Shown: positions 42,331 through 49,919 of the stretch, one piece after another
Layout: each line of letters begins with the position of its first letter
Numbering within the stretch: the stretch's first letter is position 1
NCBI GenBank assembly: GCA_051418015.1
Contig: JBPRGF010000018.1
Span: forward strand, 55,427 to 119,426
From: Candidatus Nitrospinota bacterium M3_3B_026
Lineage (GTDB): Bacteria > Nitrospinota_A > UBA7883 > JBPRGF01
Direction: 5' to 3'
Length of the DNA: 64,000 nt
The notes under the pieces: model-generated
Database searches by the model: none
What the model saw: only the letters and a program-made list of their open reading frames with translations
Told to the model about the DNA's origin: nothing
Made by a program: the position numbers and the translations under genes

Positions 42331-44658
42331 TTATACGGCGCAGACCTGTCGGACTTTCTCGATGGTCGTATCGCCCTTCAAAACTTTCCAGATGCCGTCC
42401 TGCTTGAGGGTGCGCATCCCGTGCCGGATGGCCGAGTCGCGGATTTCGTCCACCGTCCCCTTGGTCTGGATAAGCCGTTTCGTCTGCGTATCCATGACCA
42501 GTATCTCGTGCAGGCCCGTCCTGCCTTTGAAGCCGGACTTGTCGCACTTGTCGCATCCCTTGGGCCTGCACATGGATACGGAATCCACCGTGGCCTCGAG
42601 GTCCGGCCAGGTATCCTCGCCGTATTCCGCGGCCAGCAGGTTAAGCTCCTCCTGCTTGGGCTTGTACTGCTCCTTGCAGAAAGGACACAGCGTTCGCACG
42701 AGCCTCTGGGCCAGGACGCCGAGGAGCGCGTCGGCGAAATTGAAGGGATCTATCCCCAGGTCGATCAGGCGCGTGACCGTCTCCGGGGCGGAGTTTGTGT
42801 GCAGGGTGGAGAAGACCAGGTGGCCCGTCAGGGAGGCCTCGATGCCCATGTTGGCCGTCTCGTGGTCGCGCATCTCGCCGATCATTATCACGTCCGGGTC
42901 GGCCCGCAGAAACGCCCGGAGGGCGTTGGCGAAGGTCAGGTCGATGCTCGGGTGCACCTGCACCTGCCGCAGGCCCTCCTGTGTGATCTCGATCGGGTCC
43001 TCGGCGGTCCATATCTTCCGGTCGGGGGTGTTTATGTATCCCAGGGCCGAGTGCAGAGTTGTTGTTTTACCAGAGCCCGTGGGCCCGACGACCAGGAAGA
43101 TGCCGTAGGGCCTCTGGACGGCTTTCGTGAAATAGTCGTAGTTGCGGGCGGAGAGGTTCAGCTTGTCGAGCGGCAGCGGCTCTTGGGCGGCCAGGATGCG
43201 CAGCACGGCGTCCTCGTTGCCGCCGTAGGTGGGGACGGTGGCAACGCGCAGCTCGATGGTTTTCCCGCCGGCCTTAAGCTGTATCTTCCCGTCCTGGGGC
43301 AGGCGCCGCTCGGCGATGTTCAGGTTCGACATTATCTTTATCCTGGCGATCAGCGCCCGTTTCCAGTTCGCCGGGATCTGCCTGTAGACGTTGCAGATGC
43401 CGTCCTTGCGGAACCTGATGACGACGTTGTGCTTGCCGGGGTAGGTTTCTATGTGTATGTCCGAGGCGCCTTGGTTGTACGCCTCTATGATGATCTGGTT
43501 GGTGAGCTTTATGACGCCGGTGTCCTCCTCCTCGACGGACATGCCGGTGTCCTCGAAGTCCCGCTCGGCCTCTTCCTCCTCCTCGCCTTCCATGCGGGCG
43601 ATCACATCGTCTATCCCCGCGCCTGTTGGCATCTGTCTGCCGGAGAGCTTGGCGATCATCCGCAGGATGTCCTCCCGCAGGCCGACGAAAAGCTCGAAGG
43701 GAGTGGCCCCCAGGAGCAGCTGGATGTCCGCTATCCGGGACTGGTCGGAGGGGTCCTCGCAGACTATCTGGACCGTTCCGTCCTCCTCCCTGTAGGTCAC
43801 CCAGCCGTTGCGTTCCATGAACTTTATCGGGTTTTTCATCTTCACCCTGTCCAGAAGCTCCAGCGGCGGGTTGTAAGACTCGTCATAGGGCACGAACCTG
43901 GTGTTGTAATAGGCCGAGAGCGACTTGCCGATCTGGTCCCTGCCGATCTTGTACACCTTCATCAGCACCTCGGCCATGCTCCACTTGCGCGCCCTGGCCT
44001 CGTCCATGGCCTTCTCCAGCTCGGCCCTGGATATGATGTTCTGGTGGACGAGATAGTCATACCTGCTCTTGTACTTTACGGCCCTCTTCTGGTGGTTGTA
44101 GAAGGCAAGCCCCAGGACCTCCGCGATCTCCTGGACGGTTGTGCGGTCCTGGGAGCCGAAGGGGCCGCCGGACTTCTTGTTGATAAGCTGGATCACCCCC
44201 ATCAGGTATTTCTCGTGCATGATGGGGTGGGCCAGGATCTGTTTGGTGCGGTATCCGGTCTTCTTGTCCCAGGACCGGTCGAAACGCAGGTCCGGGTATA
44301 TCGCCAGCAGCTCGATGTCGTTGTAGGCGTCGCTTATGGATATCTGCGACCCGGTGGCCGCCACGTATCCGGCGACGGACTGCTTGTTTATGGGCAGGCG
44401 TATCTCCTGGCTGGCGTCGCCGACCTTGAATCTCGAGTATATCTCGCGCTTTACCCTGTCCACGGCGTATATCGTCATCCTGTCCGCGTCGAAAAGGGAG
44501 GCGATGGAGTCTTTCAGGTGTATCAGTATGTCGTCGAGGTTGTCGGCGGAGTGTATCTGGTGGGTGATCTTCCTCAGACGCTCCAAGTACGCAAGGCGCT
44601 CTTTTTCGTCTTGCGCTCGTTCTTTCGGGGCCGTTGCCTGAGAAACCTTGTCAGCCAT
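42331..44658 (-). CDS. GspE/PilB family secretion/pilus ATPase with N-terminal GAF domain
   Basis: GAF (ADRMTIY...DKKTGYRTK...GVIQLINK), ASDIHIE, RRLPQDG, Walker A GPTGSGKTTT, EDPIE, GEMRD, TGHLVFSTLHTN, CPFC/CDKC. Start may be 44700. Confidence 0.9.
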   Translation of the reverse strand: MADKVSQATAPKERAQDEKERLAYLERLRKITHQIHSADNLDDILIHLKDSIASLFDADRMTIYAVDRVKREIYSRFKVGDASQEIRLPINKQSVAGYVAATGSQISISDAYNDIELLAIYPDLRFDRSWDKKTGYRTKQILAHPIMHEKYLMGVIQLINKKSGGPFGSQDRTTVQEIAEVLGLAFYNHQKRAVKYKSRYDYLVHQNIISRAELEKAMDEARARKWSMAEVLMKVYKIGRDQIGKSLSAYYNTRFVPYDESYNPPLELLDRVKMKNPIKFMERNGWVTYREEDGTVQIVCEDPSDQSRIADIQLLLGATPFELFVGLREDILRMIAKLSGRQMPTGAGIDDVIARMEGEEEEEAERDFEDTGMSVEEEDTGVIKLTNQIIIEAYNQGASDIHIETYPGKHNVVIRFRKDGICNVYRQIPANWKRALIARIKIMSNLNIAERRLPQDGKIQLKAGGKTIELRVATVPTYGGNEDAVLRILAAQEPLPLDKLNLSARNYDYFTKAVQRPYGIFLVVGPTGSGKTTTLHSALGYINTPDRKIWTAEDPIEITQEGLRQVQVHPSIDLTFANALRAFLRADPDVIMIGEMRDHETANMGIEASLTGHLVFSTLHTNSAPETVTRLIDLGIDPFNFADALLGVLAQRLVRTLCPFCKEQYKPKQEELNLLAAEYGEDTWPDLEATVDSVSMCRPKGCDKCDKSGFKGRTGLHEILVMDTQTKRLIQTKGTVDEIRDSAIRHGMRTLKQDGIWKVLKGDTTIEKVRQVCAV

Positions 44659-44825
44659 CCTGAGCCTGTTGAAAAACCGGGGGCCGGATCGAATTTCCAT
44701 TTACCCCAAACCACCAGTGAAGATTATAGCAACCCGCGGGGATTTTCCACAATAAACACGAGCGGCGCGCTGGGCCGGGCCGGTTCGCGTCAAGCTGTCA
44801 CGCAGGGGCTCCAGGCGCTCGTTCG

Positions 44826-44854
44826 TTGACACGGGCCGCCGCTGGTTCTACAAT
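44826..44854 (+). promoter_or_regulatory. Near-consensus sigma70 promoter of the 74-aa ORF
   Basis: TTGACA-17 nt-TACAAT. Confidence 0.65.
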
Positions 44855-44916
44855 AACTAGGCAACCAGGCGCGCGCCGGTTGGTTTTTCAGCCATTAAGC
44901 AGGGGAAGGGCCTGAC

Positions 44917-45141
44917 ATGCCGGAAGACCGTAAAAGCCAGATCGAGAACGAGTTCATAAGCATCCTGCTTTCCGCCATGAAAAAGGGCATGTCCGTTGAC
45001 GAGTTTTTCGCCCTGGCGGACGCCACCATGGACCACCTGCGGGGAAAGGTCCAAAACGACACCGTGGAAAAGGTGATAAACGGCGAGGCCTCTCCGGACG
45101 AAGTCCGCGAAATGATAACCTCCTTGAACAAAAAAGCCTGA
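44917..45141 (+). CDS. Small hypothetical helical protein
   Basis: 74-aa ORF with host-like codon usage and its own promoter. Confidence 0.65.
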   Translation: MPEDRKSQIENEFISILLSAMKKGMSVDEFFALADATMDHLRGKVQNDTVEKVINGEASPDEVREMITSLNKKA

Positions 45142-45348
45142 CCGGCCCTTTTCGCCCCCGCCCGATCCCCGGGCAGGGCTCTAAGCCTCCGAAAAAGACG
45201 TTTTTCGCCTGCCGCTGCCGCCAATAGCCCGGCGCATACAGAACAAAATTGTCGCACAAAGCGGCCCCTGAAACACCAGCCGAAACATCAATTTAACGAT
45301 TCGTTCAATAGGCGTTTCGTTAAATGCTGTAAAATCAATATGATTATA

Positions 45349-45365
45349 TTGGCCCGGATATTGCT
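45349..45365 (+). promoter_or_regulatory. Sigma54 (RpoN) -24/-12 promoter
   Basis: TTGGCCCGGATATTGCT: GG at 45351-52 and GC at 45363-64, exactly 10 nt apart; AT-rich palindromic sequence upstream. Confidence 0.65.
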
Positions 45366-45375
45366 TTCTTAGTGT

Positions 45376-45626
45376 CTAAAATGTTAAAGGCCGCTTGACG
45401 GGACCGTTGGCGGATTTTATGAGAAAGGCAGGATTTTTTTTCGAGAGAAGACCGGCGGCGAATTGAAAAATCCTTTGGTTGAAGGAGACTGAGGGTTGCT
45501 CCGGAGCGAGCGCCCGGTGTTGACCGCCGGTCCGGCCGCGAGGGGCCGTTTGATGTAAGAACCTGTTTCGTCGTTTCGAAGCCCGCCGGGGAGCGTTCCC
45601 CCCACACTCCCCGGCGGGCTTTTTTT
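45376..45626 (+). ncRNA. Candidate sigma54-dependent structured sRNA (or micropeptide mRNA)
   Basis: Lies between the sigma54 site and a strong terminator; no plus-strand ORF over about 20 codons found; several stems. Confidence 0.4.
45579..45626 (+). terminator. Rho-independent terminator
   Basis: 15-bp stem AAGCCCGCCGGGGAG/CTCCCCGGCGGGCTT with a T7 run at 45620-45626. Confidence 0.8.
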
Positions 45627-45703
45627 GCGCGCCGAAGCGGGTTATATTAGAAGAACCGTTTCCCGAATCGTCAATCAAAGGCATCTGACGGCGATTTACT
45701 GAT

Positions 45704-46531
45704 ATGCGCGTTTTCAGGACCCGGTGGCTGACCGGCCCGGCCCTTTTCCTCGCGTTTTTCCTTGCCCTTCCCCACCCTGGCTGCCGGACTGTGCCGGAGA
45801 CGGGGCGGACGCAGCTTGCGCTCATCGACGTCCAGACCGAGAAGAGGCTCGGCGCGGACGCTTATAAAGAGATAATCAAGGACTCCAAGGTCGTCGCCGA
45901 CCCCAGGCTCAACGCGATTCTCCAGCGGGTGGGGCGAAGGATTGCCGAGGCGTCGCGCCAGCCGGGGTTTGAGTGGGAGTTTGCGCTTATAGAAAAGGAG
46001 GCGCCGAACGCCTTCTGCCTGCCCGGGGGGAAGATGGCCGCTCATACCGGGATATTGCCGATCGCGAAAAACGAGGCGGGGCTGGCCGCCGTGATCGGCC
46101 ACGAGGTGGCCCACGCCGTGGCGCGGCACGGGGCGGAGCGGATGAGCCAGGGGATACTGGTGGCCCTGGCGGGGGAGCTTCTGGCGCAGGGGCTGACCCG
46201 GGAGGAGTCCGACCGTCAGCTTTTCCGGATGGCCTACGGGGTGGGGACGGCGGTGGCGATCACGCTTCCCTTCTCCCGCCGGCACGAGCTGGAGGCGGAC
46301 TACCTGGGGCTTTTGTACATGGCCCGGGCCGGCTACGACCCCCGCGAGGCCGAGCGCTTCTGGCGGCGCTTTTCAGACTGGGCGAAGGAGAAAGGCGCGG
46401 GGTCTAAGATAGAGTTTCTCTCCACCCACCCCACCGACGAGCGCCGCATATCGCAGATCCGCGGCCTTCTGCCCCGCGCGCTGGAGGAGTCCGGGAGATC
46501 GGGGAAGTTGGGATTGGGGGAGGAGTTTTAG
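45704..46531 (+). CDS. M48 family zinc metallopeptidase, probable lipoprotein
   Basis: PNAFCLPGG, HEVAH, FSRRHELEAD, LSTHP. Confidence 0.9.
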   Translation: MRVFRTRWLTGPALFLAFFLALPHPGCRTVPETGRTQLALIDVQTEKRLGADAYKEIIKDSKVVADPRLNAILQRVGRRIAEASRQPGFEWEFALIEKEAPNAFCLPGGKMAAHTGILPIAKNEAGLAAVIGHEVAHAVARHGAERMSQGILVALAGELLAQGLTREESDRQLFRMAYGVGTAVAITLPFSRRHELEADYLGLLYMARAGYDPREAERFWRRFSDWAKEKGAGSKIEFLSTHPTDERRISQIRGLLPRALEESGRSGKLGLGEEF

Positions 46532-46567
46532 AAGGGGGGATATGGCCACATGAGGCCAGGCGAAAAC

Positions 46568-46600
46568 TAAAAAACCCTTCCCCCGGCGGGAGGGTTTTTA
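46568..46600. terminator. Bidirectional intrinsic terminator after the M48 gene
   Basis: TAAAAAACCCTTCC...GGGAGGGTTTTTA hairpin with A and T tails. Confidence 0.65.
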
Positions 46601-46644
46601 TGGGGCGGTTGCGAAGCCTGCATCAGCTGGAGATACTCAAAAAT

Positions 46645-46736
46645 ATCCCCTCCCCTGGAGGGAGGGGATTAAGGGGAGGGGGTATTGAAATTTTCAAAGC
46701 ACCCCCACCTGTGTCCTCCCCCTTCAAGGGGGAGGA
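46645..46736. repeat. REP/REPIN-like pair of C/G-rich palindromes
   Basis: ATCCCCTCCC-ctgga-GGGAGGGGAT (46645-46669) and TCCTCCCCCTT-c-AAGGGGGAGGA (46714-46736). Confidence 0.6.
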
Positions 46737-46821
46737 TGATAATGGCGGCCTCGCCTGTCATGCTGAACTTGTTAAAGAGTCTCTAGCAGCGCAGCGTATT
46801 TCTTCGTGATATTATTATTGA

Positions 46822-47028
46822 ATGAGCGAGATTATATTCCTTGTCGAGGAGGCGCCTGAGGGCGGATACACCGCAAAAGCCCTTGGCGAGTCCATCTTCA
46901 CCGAGGCGGACGATCTGGATGGTTTGAGGTCGAACGTTCGTGACGCCGTTGCCTGCCATTTCGATGAAGGCGCCGCGCCGAAGGTCATCCGTCTTCACTT
47001 TGTGAAAGAGGAGCTGATCAGGTTATGA
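46822..47028 (+). CDS. HicB-like antitoxin (short, no DNA-binding domain)
   Basis: FLVEEAPEGGYTA...IFTEAD...DAV; stop overlaps the hicA start (ATGA). Confidence 0.75.
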   Translation: MSEIIFLVEEAPEGGYTAKALGESIFTEADDLDGLRSNVRDAVACHFDEGAAPKVIRLHFVKEELIRL

Positions 47029-47264
47029 AGCTGCCCCGTTCCTTGAGCGGGGCGCGGCTTGCGAAAACCCTGCGGCGCGAGGGATACAAGGTAACCCGCC
47101 AGACGGGGAGCCATATACGCCTGACCCACGAAAAGCCGCCCGTGCGCCATGTGACGATCCCCGATCACGATTCCCTGCGCGTCGGGACGTTGTCCTCCAT
47201 CCTTTCAGACGTGGCGAAACATCTGGATGTTTCTAAGGAAGAGCTTGTCAAGAGACTTTTTTGA
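47025..47264 (+). CDS. hicA: HicA family toxin (mRNA interferase)
   Basis: GY...RQTGSHIRL...VTIPDH...GTLSSIL. Confidence 0.88.
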   Translation: MKLPRSLSGARLAKTLRREGYKVTRQTGSHIRLTHEKPPVRHVTIPDHDSLRVGTLSSILSDVAKHLDVSKEELVKRLF

Positions 47265-47493
47265 TGGTGACCTCCCGCCAGTGGAGGGGATGTTATCGCG
47301 CAATGTCAAAACACAAGACCTGACCCCGATTCTGCCGATTCAGCGGCGATTCGCCCCGATTCAATTCTGACACGGCCTGTACAGACCCTGTTGGGGGTAA
47401 CGGAAAAAGGGTTCTTATGGCGTGGCGCGCTGGGCCGGGCTTTTTTTCGCCGTAACTGGGTGGCGAAACGTCAAAATCCAAGACCTTTTTTTA

Positions 47494-47958
47494 GTTGGGC
47501 GTGTAAGTGTCAGCTATCATTTGCCTGGATTTTCTTCATCATGAAATCAAAACTTGACTTAAAACCACCGCCATATTGCCACGTTTCTTCCCTTTTCCGA
47601 AATATTTCATCCCGAGCAATTTGAATTAATTCTTTTTGGGTTTTACTATCCGGGATTTTTGTAAATTGACTCTTCTTTGCTGGGTCAAATTGGCGTTTGA
47701 CTGTATTACAGTAATAACAAGATGTAACACGATTTAGCGAATCTTCAGCGTGCTCACCCGCAATATTACGAGGAATAAGATGATCGCCTTGAAGCTGTAC
47801 CCAATCTTCAGGTGAACGACTTCCATCAAACCCACAATACTGGCAAATACAGCGATGCTCAACAAATGTATCAAACCACCCACGTACTCCTTGTGGATCA
47901 ATAAATTGATCAATAGTTTTATCTCTTTCCATGCTATCTCCAACTGTATACGCCCAAC
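47494..47958 (-). mobile_element. Integron gene-cassette remnant (core sites present, attC body lost)
   Basis: Minus strand reads GTTGGGC (GTTRRRY) - RBS - ORF - GCCCAAC (RYYYAAC); the two sites are complementary over 9 bp (11 of 12). Confidence 0.6.
47510..47932 (-). CDS. HNH endonuclease (low GC, foreign)
   Basis: CQYCG...DHLIP...N...CYYCN..K; GGAG RBS; much more AT-rich than the rest of the window. Confidence 0.8.
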   Translation of the reverse strand: MERDKTIDQFIDPQGVRGWFDTFVEHRCICQYCGFDGSRSPEDWVQLQGDHLIPRNIAGEHAEDSLNRVTSCYYCNTVKRQFDPAKKSQFTKIPDSKTQKELIQIARDEIFRKREETWQYGGGFKSSFDFMMKKIQANDS

Positions 47959-47959
47959 G

Positions 47960-48101
47960 TGTCAGTGGGCACTTTAAACCCGGCCAGTGATGGGCGCCTC
48001 AAAAGCGACCAGTGTCACTGTTTCTTTTTCTTACCATATTCGTTTTCTGTTTGACAAGCTTTATCCTTCAGCCGGTAGCTCTTCCCGATGATCTGGACCA
48101 T
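47960..48101 (-). mobile_element. IS21-family remnant: istB 3' end plus right terminus
   Basis: Minus 48101-48015 encodes VQIIGKSYRLKDK..., an IstB-like C-terminal G.SYR motif; TGTCA terminus at 47960 with two tandem imperfect 24-bp units (47966-47989, 47991-48014). Confidence 0.7.
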
Positions 48102-48142
48102 GGAATTGGGGTCACACGAATTGGGGTCTTGTATTTTAACAT

Positions 48143-49132
48143 TCACAAATACCTCCTTATAACATCATGCAGCCTCAACATCCCAACTGGCCTCCCATCC
48201 CCGTCCACGACGGGTAAAACGGATATCTGACTCTCGCGGCGCTCCATCAGCTCGACGGCTTCGGCGGCGGAGGCGTCGCGGCGGATGGTGGCGGGGTCGG
48301 CGGCCATGAACTCCGCCACGGGCCGGTCCAGCGGGCCGTTGTCGCCGCTTATCATGATCCGTTTCATGTCGCCGTCGGTGATGATCCCGGCGAGCTTCCC
48401 GCCGCCGTCGACGACGCTGACGGCGCCGAGCCGCGTCTCCACGAGTCTGACCACCGCCTCCCGCAGCGTCGCCGCCTCGCCCAGCACGGGGTTTTTTGAT
48501 CCGTCGATCATGTCGGAGACCTTCGCCGTCAGCATCCAGCCGAGCTTGCCGCCGGGATGAAACCGGGCGAAGTCCTCGCCCTTGAAACGTTTGGCCACGA
48601 TCAGCGCGGCCGCCAGGGCGTCGCCCAACGCCATCGTCGCCGTAGTGGAGGTCATCGGGGCCAGGTTCAGCGGGCAGCCTTCGGAGTCGGCCATCATCGG
48701 CAGGACGGCGTCGGCCTGCGCGGCGAGGCTGGAGCGCCCGTCGTTGGTGATGGCGATGACGGGGTTGCCCTGGCTTTTCAGGAAAGGGATTATCCGCAGC
48801 GTCTCCCGCGTCTCGCCGCTTTTGGATATCAGTATGGCCATGTCCCCCGGGCGGATCGCGCCCAGGTCGCCGTGGACGGCGTCGCCGGCGTGGATGTATA
48901 TGGCGGGCGAACCGGTGCTCGTCAGCGTCGCGGCCATCTTCCTCCCCACCAGGCCGGACTTGCCCATGCCGATGACATAAAGCGCTCCCTCGACCTCGAG
49001 GCAGAGCCGAAGCGCCTTCTCGAACGCGGCGGAGCGGATCACCCCGTCCAGCCGCTCGAGGGCCGCCGCCTCGTGCCGGGCCACGGCCGCCGCGGCTTCT
49101 ATGGAATCTTTCAGACTGTAAATTTCGCTCAT
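48143..49132 (-). CDS. kdsD: Arabinose-5-phosphate isomerase (KpsF/GutQ; SIS + 2 CBS)
   Basis: GMGKSG, HGDLG, SKSGET, APMTST, FHPGGKLG, ITDGD. Confidence 0.9.
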   Translation of the reverse strand: MSEIYSLKDSIEAAAAVARHEAAALERLDGVIRSAAFEKALRLCLEVEGALYVIGMGKSGLVGRKMAATLTSTGSPAIYIHAGDAVHGDLGAIRPGDMAILISKSGETRETLRIIPFLKSQGNPVIAITNDGRSSLAAQADAVLPMMADSEGCPLNLAPMTSTTATMALGDALAAALIVAKRFKGEDFARFHPGGKLGWMLTAKVSDMIDGSKNPVLGEAATLREAVVRLVETRLGAVSVVDGGGKLAGIITDGDMKRIMISGDNGPLDRPVAEFMAADPATIRRDASAAEAVELMERRESQISVLPVVDGDGRPVGMLRLHDVIRRYL

Positions 49133-49256
49133 ATCCTCAGGGCGCCGGGTTGGCCGGCCTCTTTTTTAATGGTTCACATCCGCATATTATATGTTATTAA
49201 CCTCTCAAAAGCCCCCCTTCCGGCCATCGACGGGGGGCGGGGAACGGATAGCGGAC

Positions 49257-49910
49257 ATGAAAAAACTCTACAGAAGGCTGCGGGCGCTTTTCGCCATAAT
49301 CGGAATTTTTGGCGCCGCCGCGGCCGCCGCGCCTTTCGCCGGGCTGCCGCAGAAGGGGCTGGACTGGCTGTCGAGCGCGCCGTACTCCGCCGATTGCGGC
49401 TATATCCTCCTCCTGCCCGCCGGGCCGATCCCCAGCCCCGCCATGTTGATGAGAGCCTACAAGGCCGCCGAGGAGGCTGGGCGGAGCCCGGCCGCGAAGG
49501 TGGTGATCTCCCTGAAGACGGACCCGCCGCTGCGCGGCTCCACGATATGGACGATCCGGAAGGAGCTTGCGGCCCGCGGCGTGGCGGCGGACAGGATAAT
49601 CCTGGAGACGAAGGCCAGGAGCACCTACGAGCACGCGCGATTCATTAAAGAGGCCGGGATCGGCGACCCGGCGGTGGACAGCTATCTGGTCGTCACCTCC
49701 CCATCCCACGTGAGGCGGTCCGTGATGACTTTCGAGAGGGCGGGTTTCAAAAACCTCTACGCCGCCCCCGCCAGCGCTGGGAAGGACGACACCGACCTCG
49801 GCGGCGGACTTTTTATCCGATACGGCTACTGGTCGGCGCTTCAGTTGGAGATCGAGGTCGTCCGGGAGCTTGTGGCCATCGGCTGGTACAGGCTCACGGG
49901 CAGGGCCTGA
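49257..49910 (+). CDS. YdcF/DUF218 family protein
   Basis: IILETKARSTYEHA, LVVTSPSHVRR, RELVA. Confidence 0.75.
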   Translation: MKKLYRRLRALFAIIGIFGAAAAAAPFAGLPQKGLDWLSSAPYSADCGYILLLPAGPIPSPAMLMRAYKAAEEAGRSPAAKVVISLKTDPPLRGSTIWTIRKELAARGVAADRIILETKARSTYEHARFIKEAGIGDPAVDSYLVVTSPSHVRRSVMTFERAGFKNLYAAPASAGKDDTDLGGGLFIRYGYWSALQLEIEVVRELVAIGWYRLTGRA

Positions 49911-49919
49911 GAGCGGCGC

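Larger units (their letters stand above)
47302..48143. mobile_element. Non-autonomous inverted-repeat-bounded element with cargo
   Basis: Left AATGTCAAAACACAAGACC(TGACC)CCGATTC (47302-47332); right end, reverse-complemented, AATGTTAAAATACAAGACCCCAATTC (48118-48143); internal copy at 47467-47485. Confidence 0.55.

Noticed and set aside
44743..44751. DnaA box TTTTCCACA (also TTATCCACA at 30930) as oriC evidence
   Set aside because: Isolated single boxes, one inside yidC coding sequence; no cluster.
45419..45466. Leader peptide MRKAGFFFERRPAAN as a Phe attenuator
   Set aside because: No RBS, and the downstream gene is a peptidase unrelated to Phe metabolism; the FFF arises from a T run in an RNA stem.
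47322..47367. CRISPR-like short repeats
   Set aside because: The CGATTC units are 6-9 nt with 2-5 nt gaps; no spacer structure and no cas genes.
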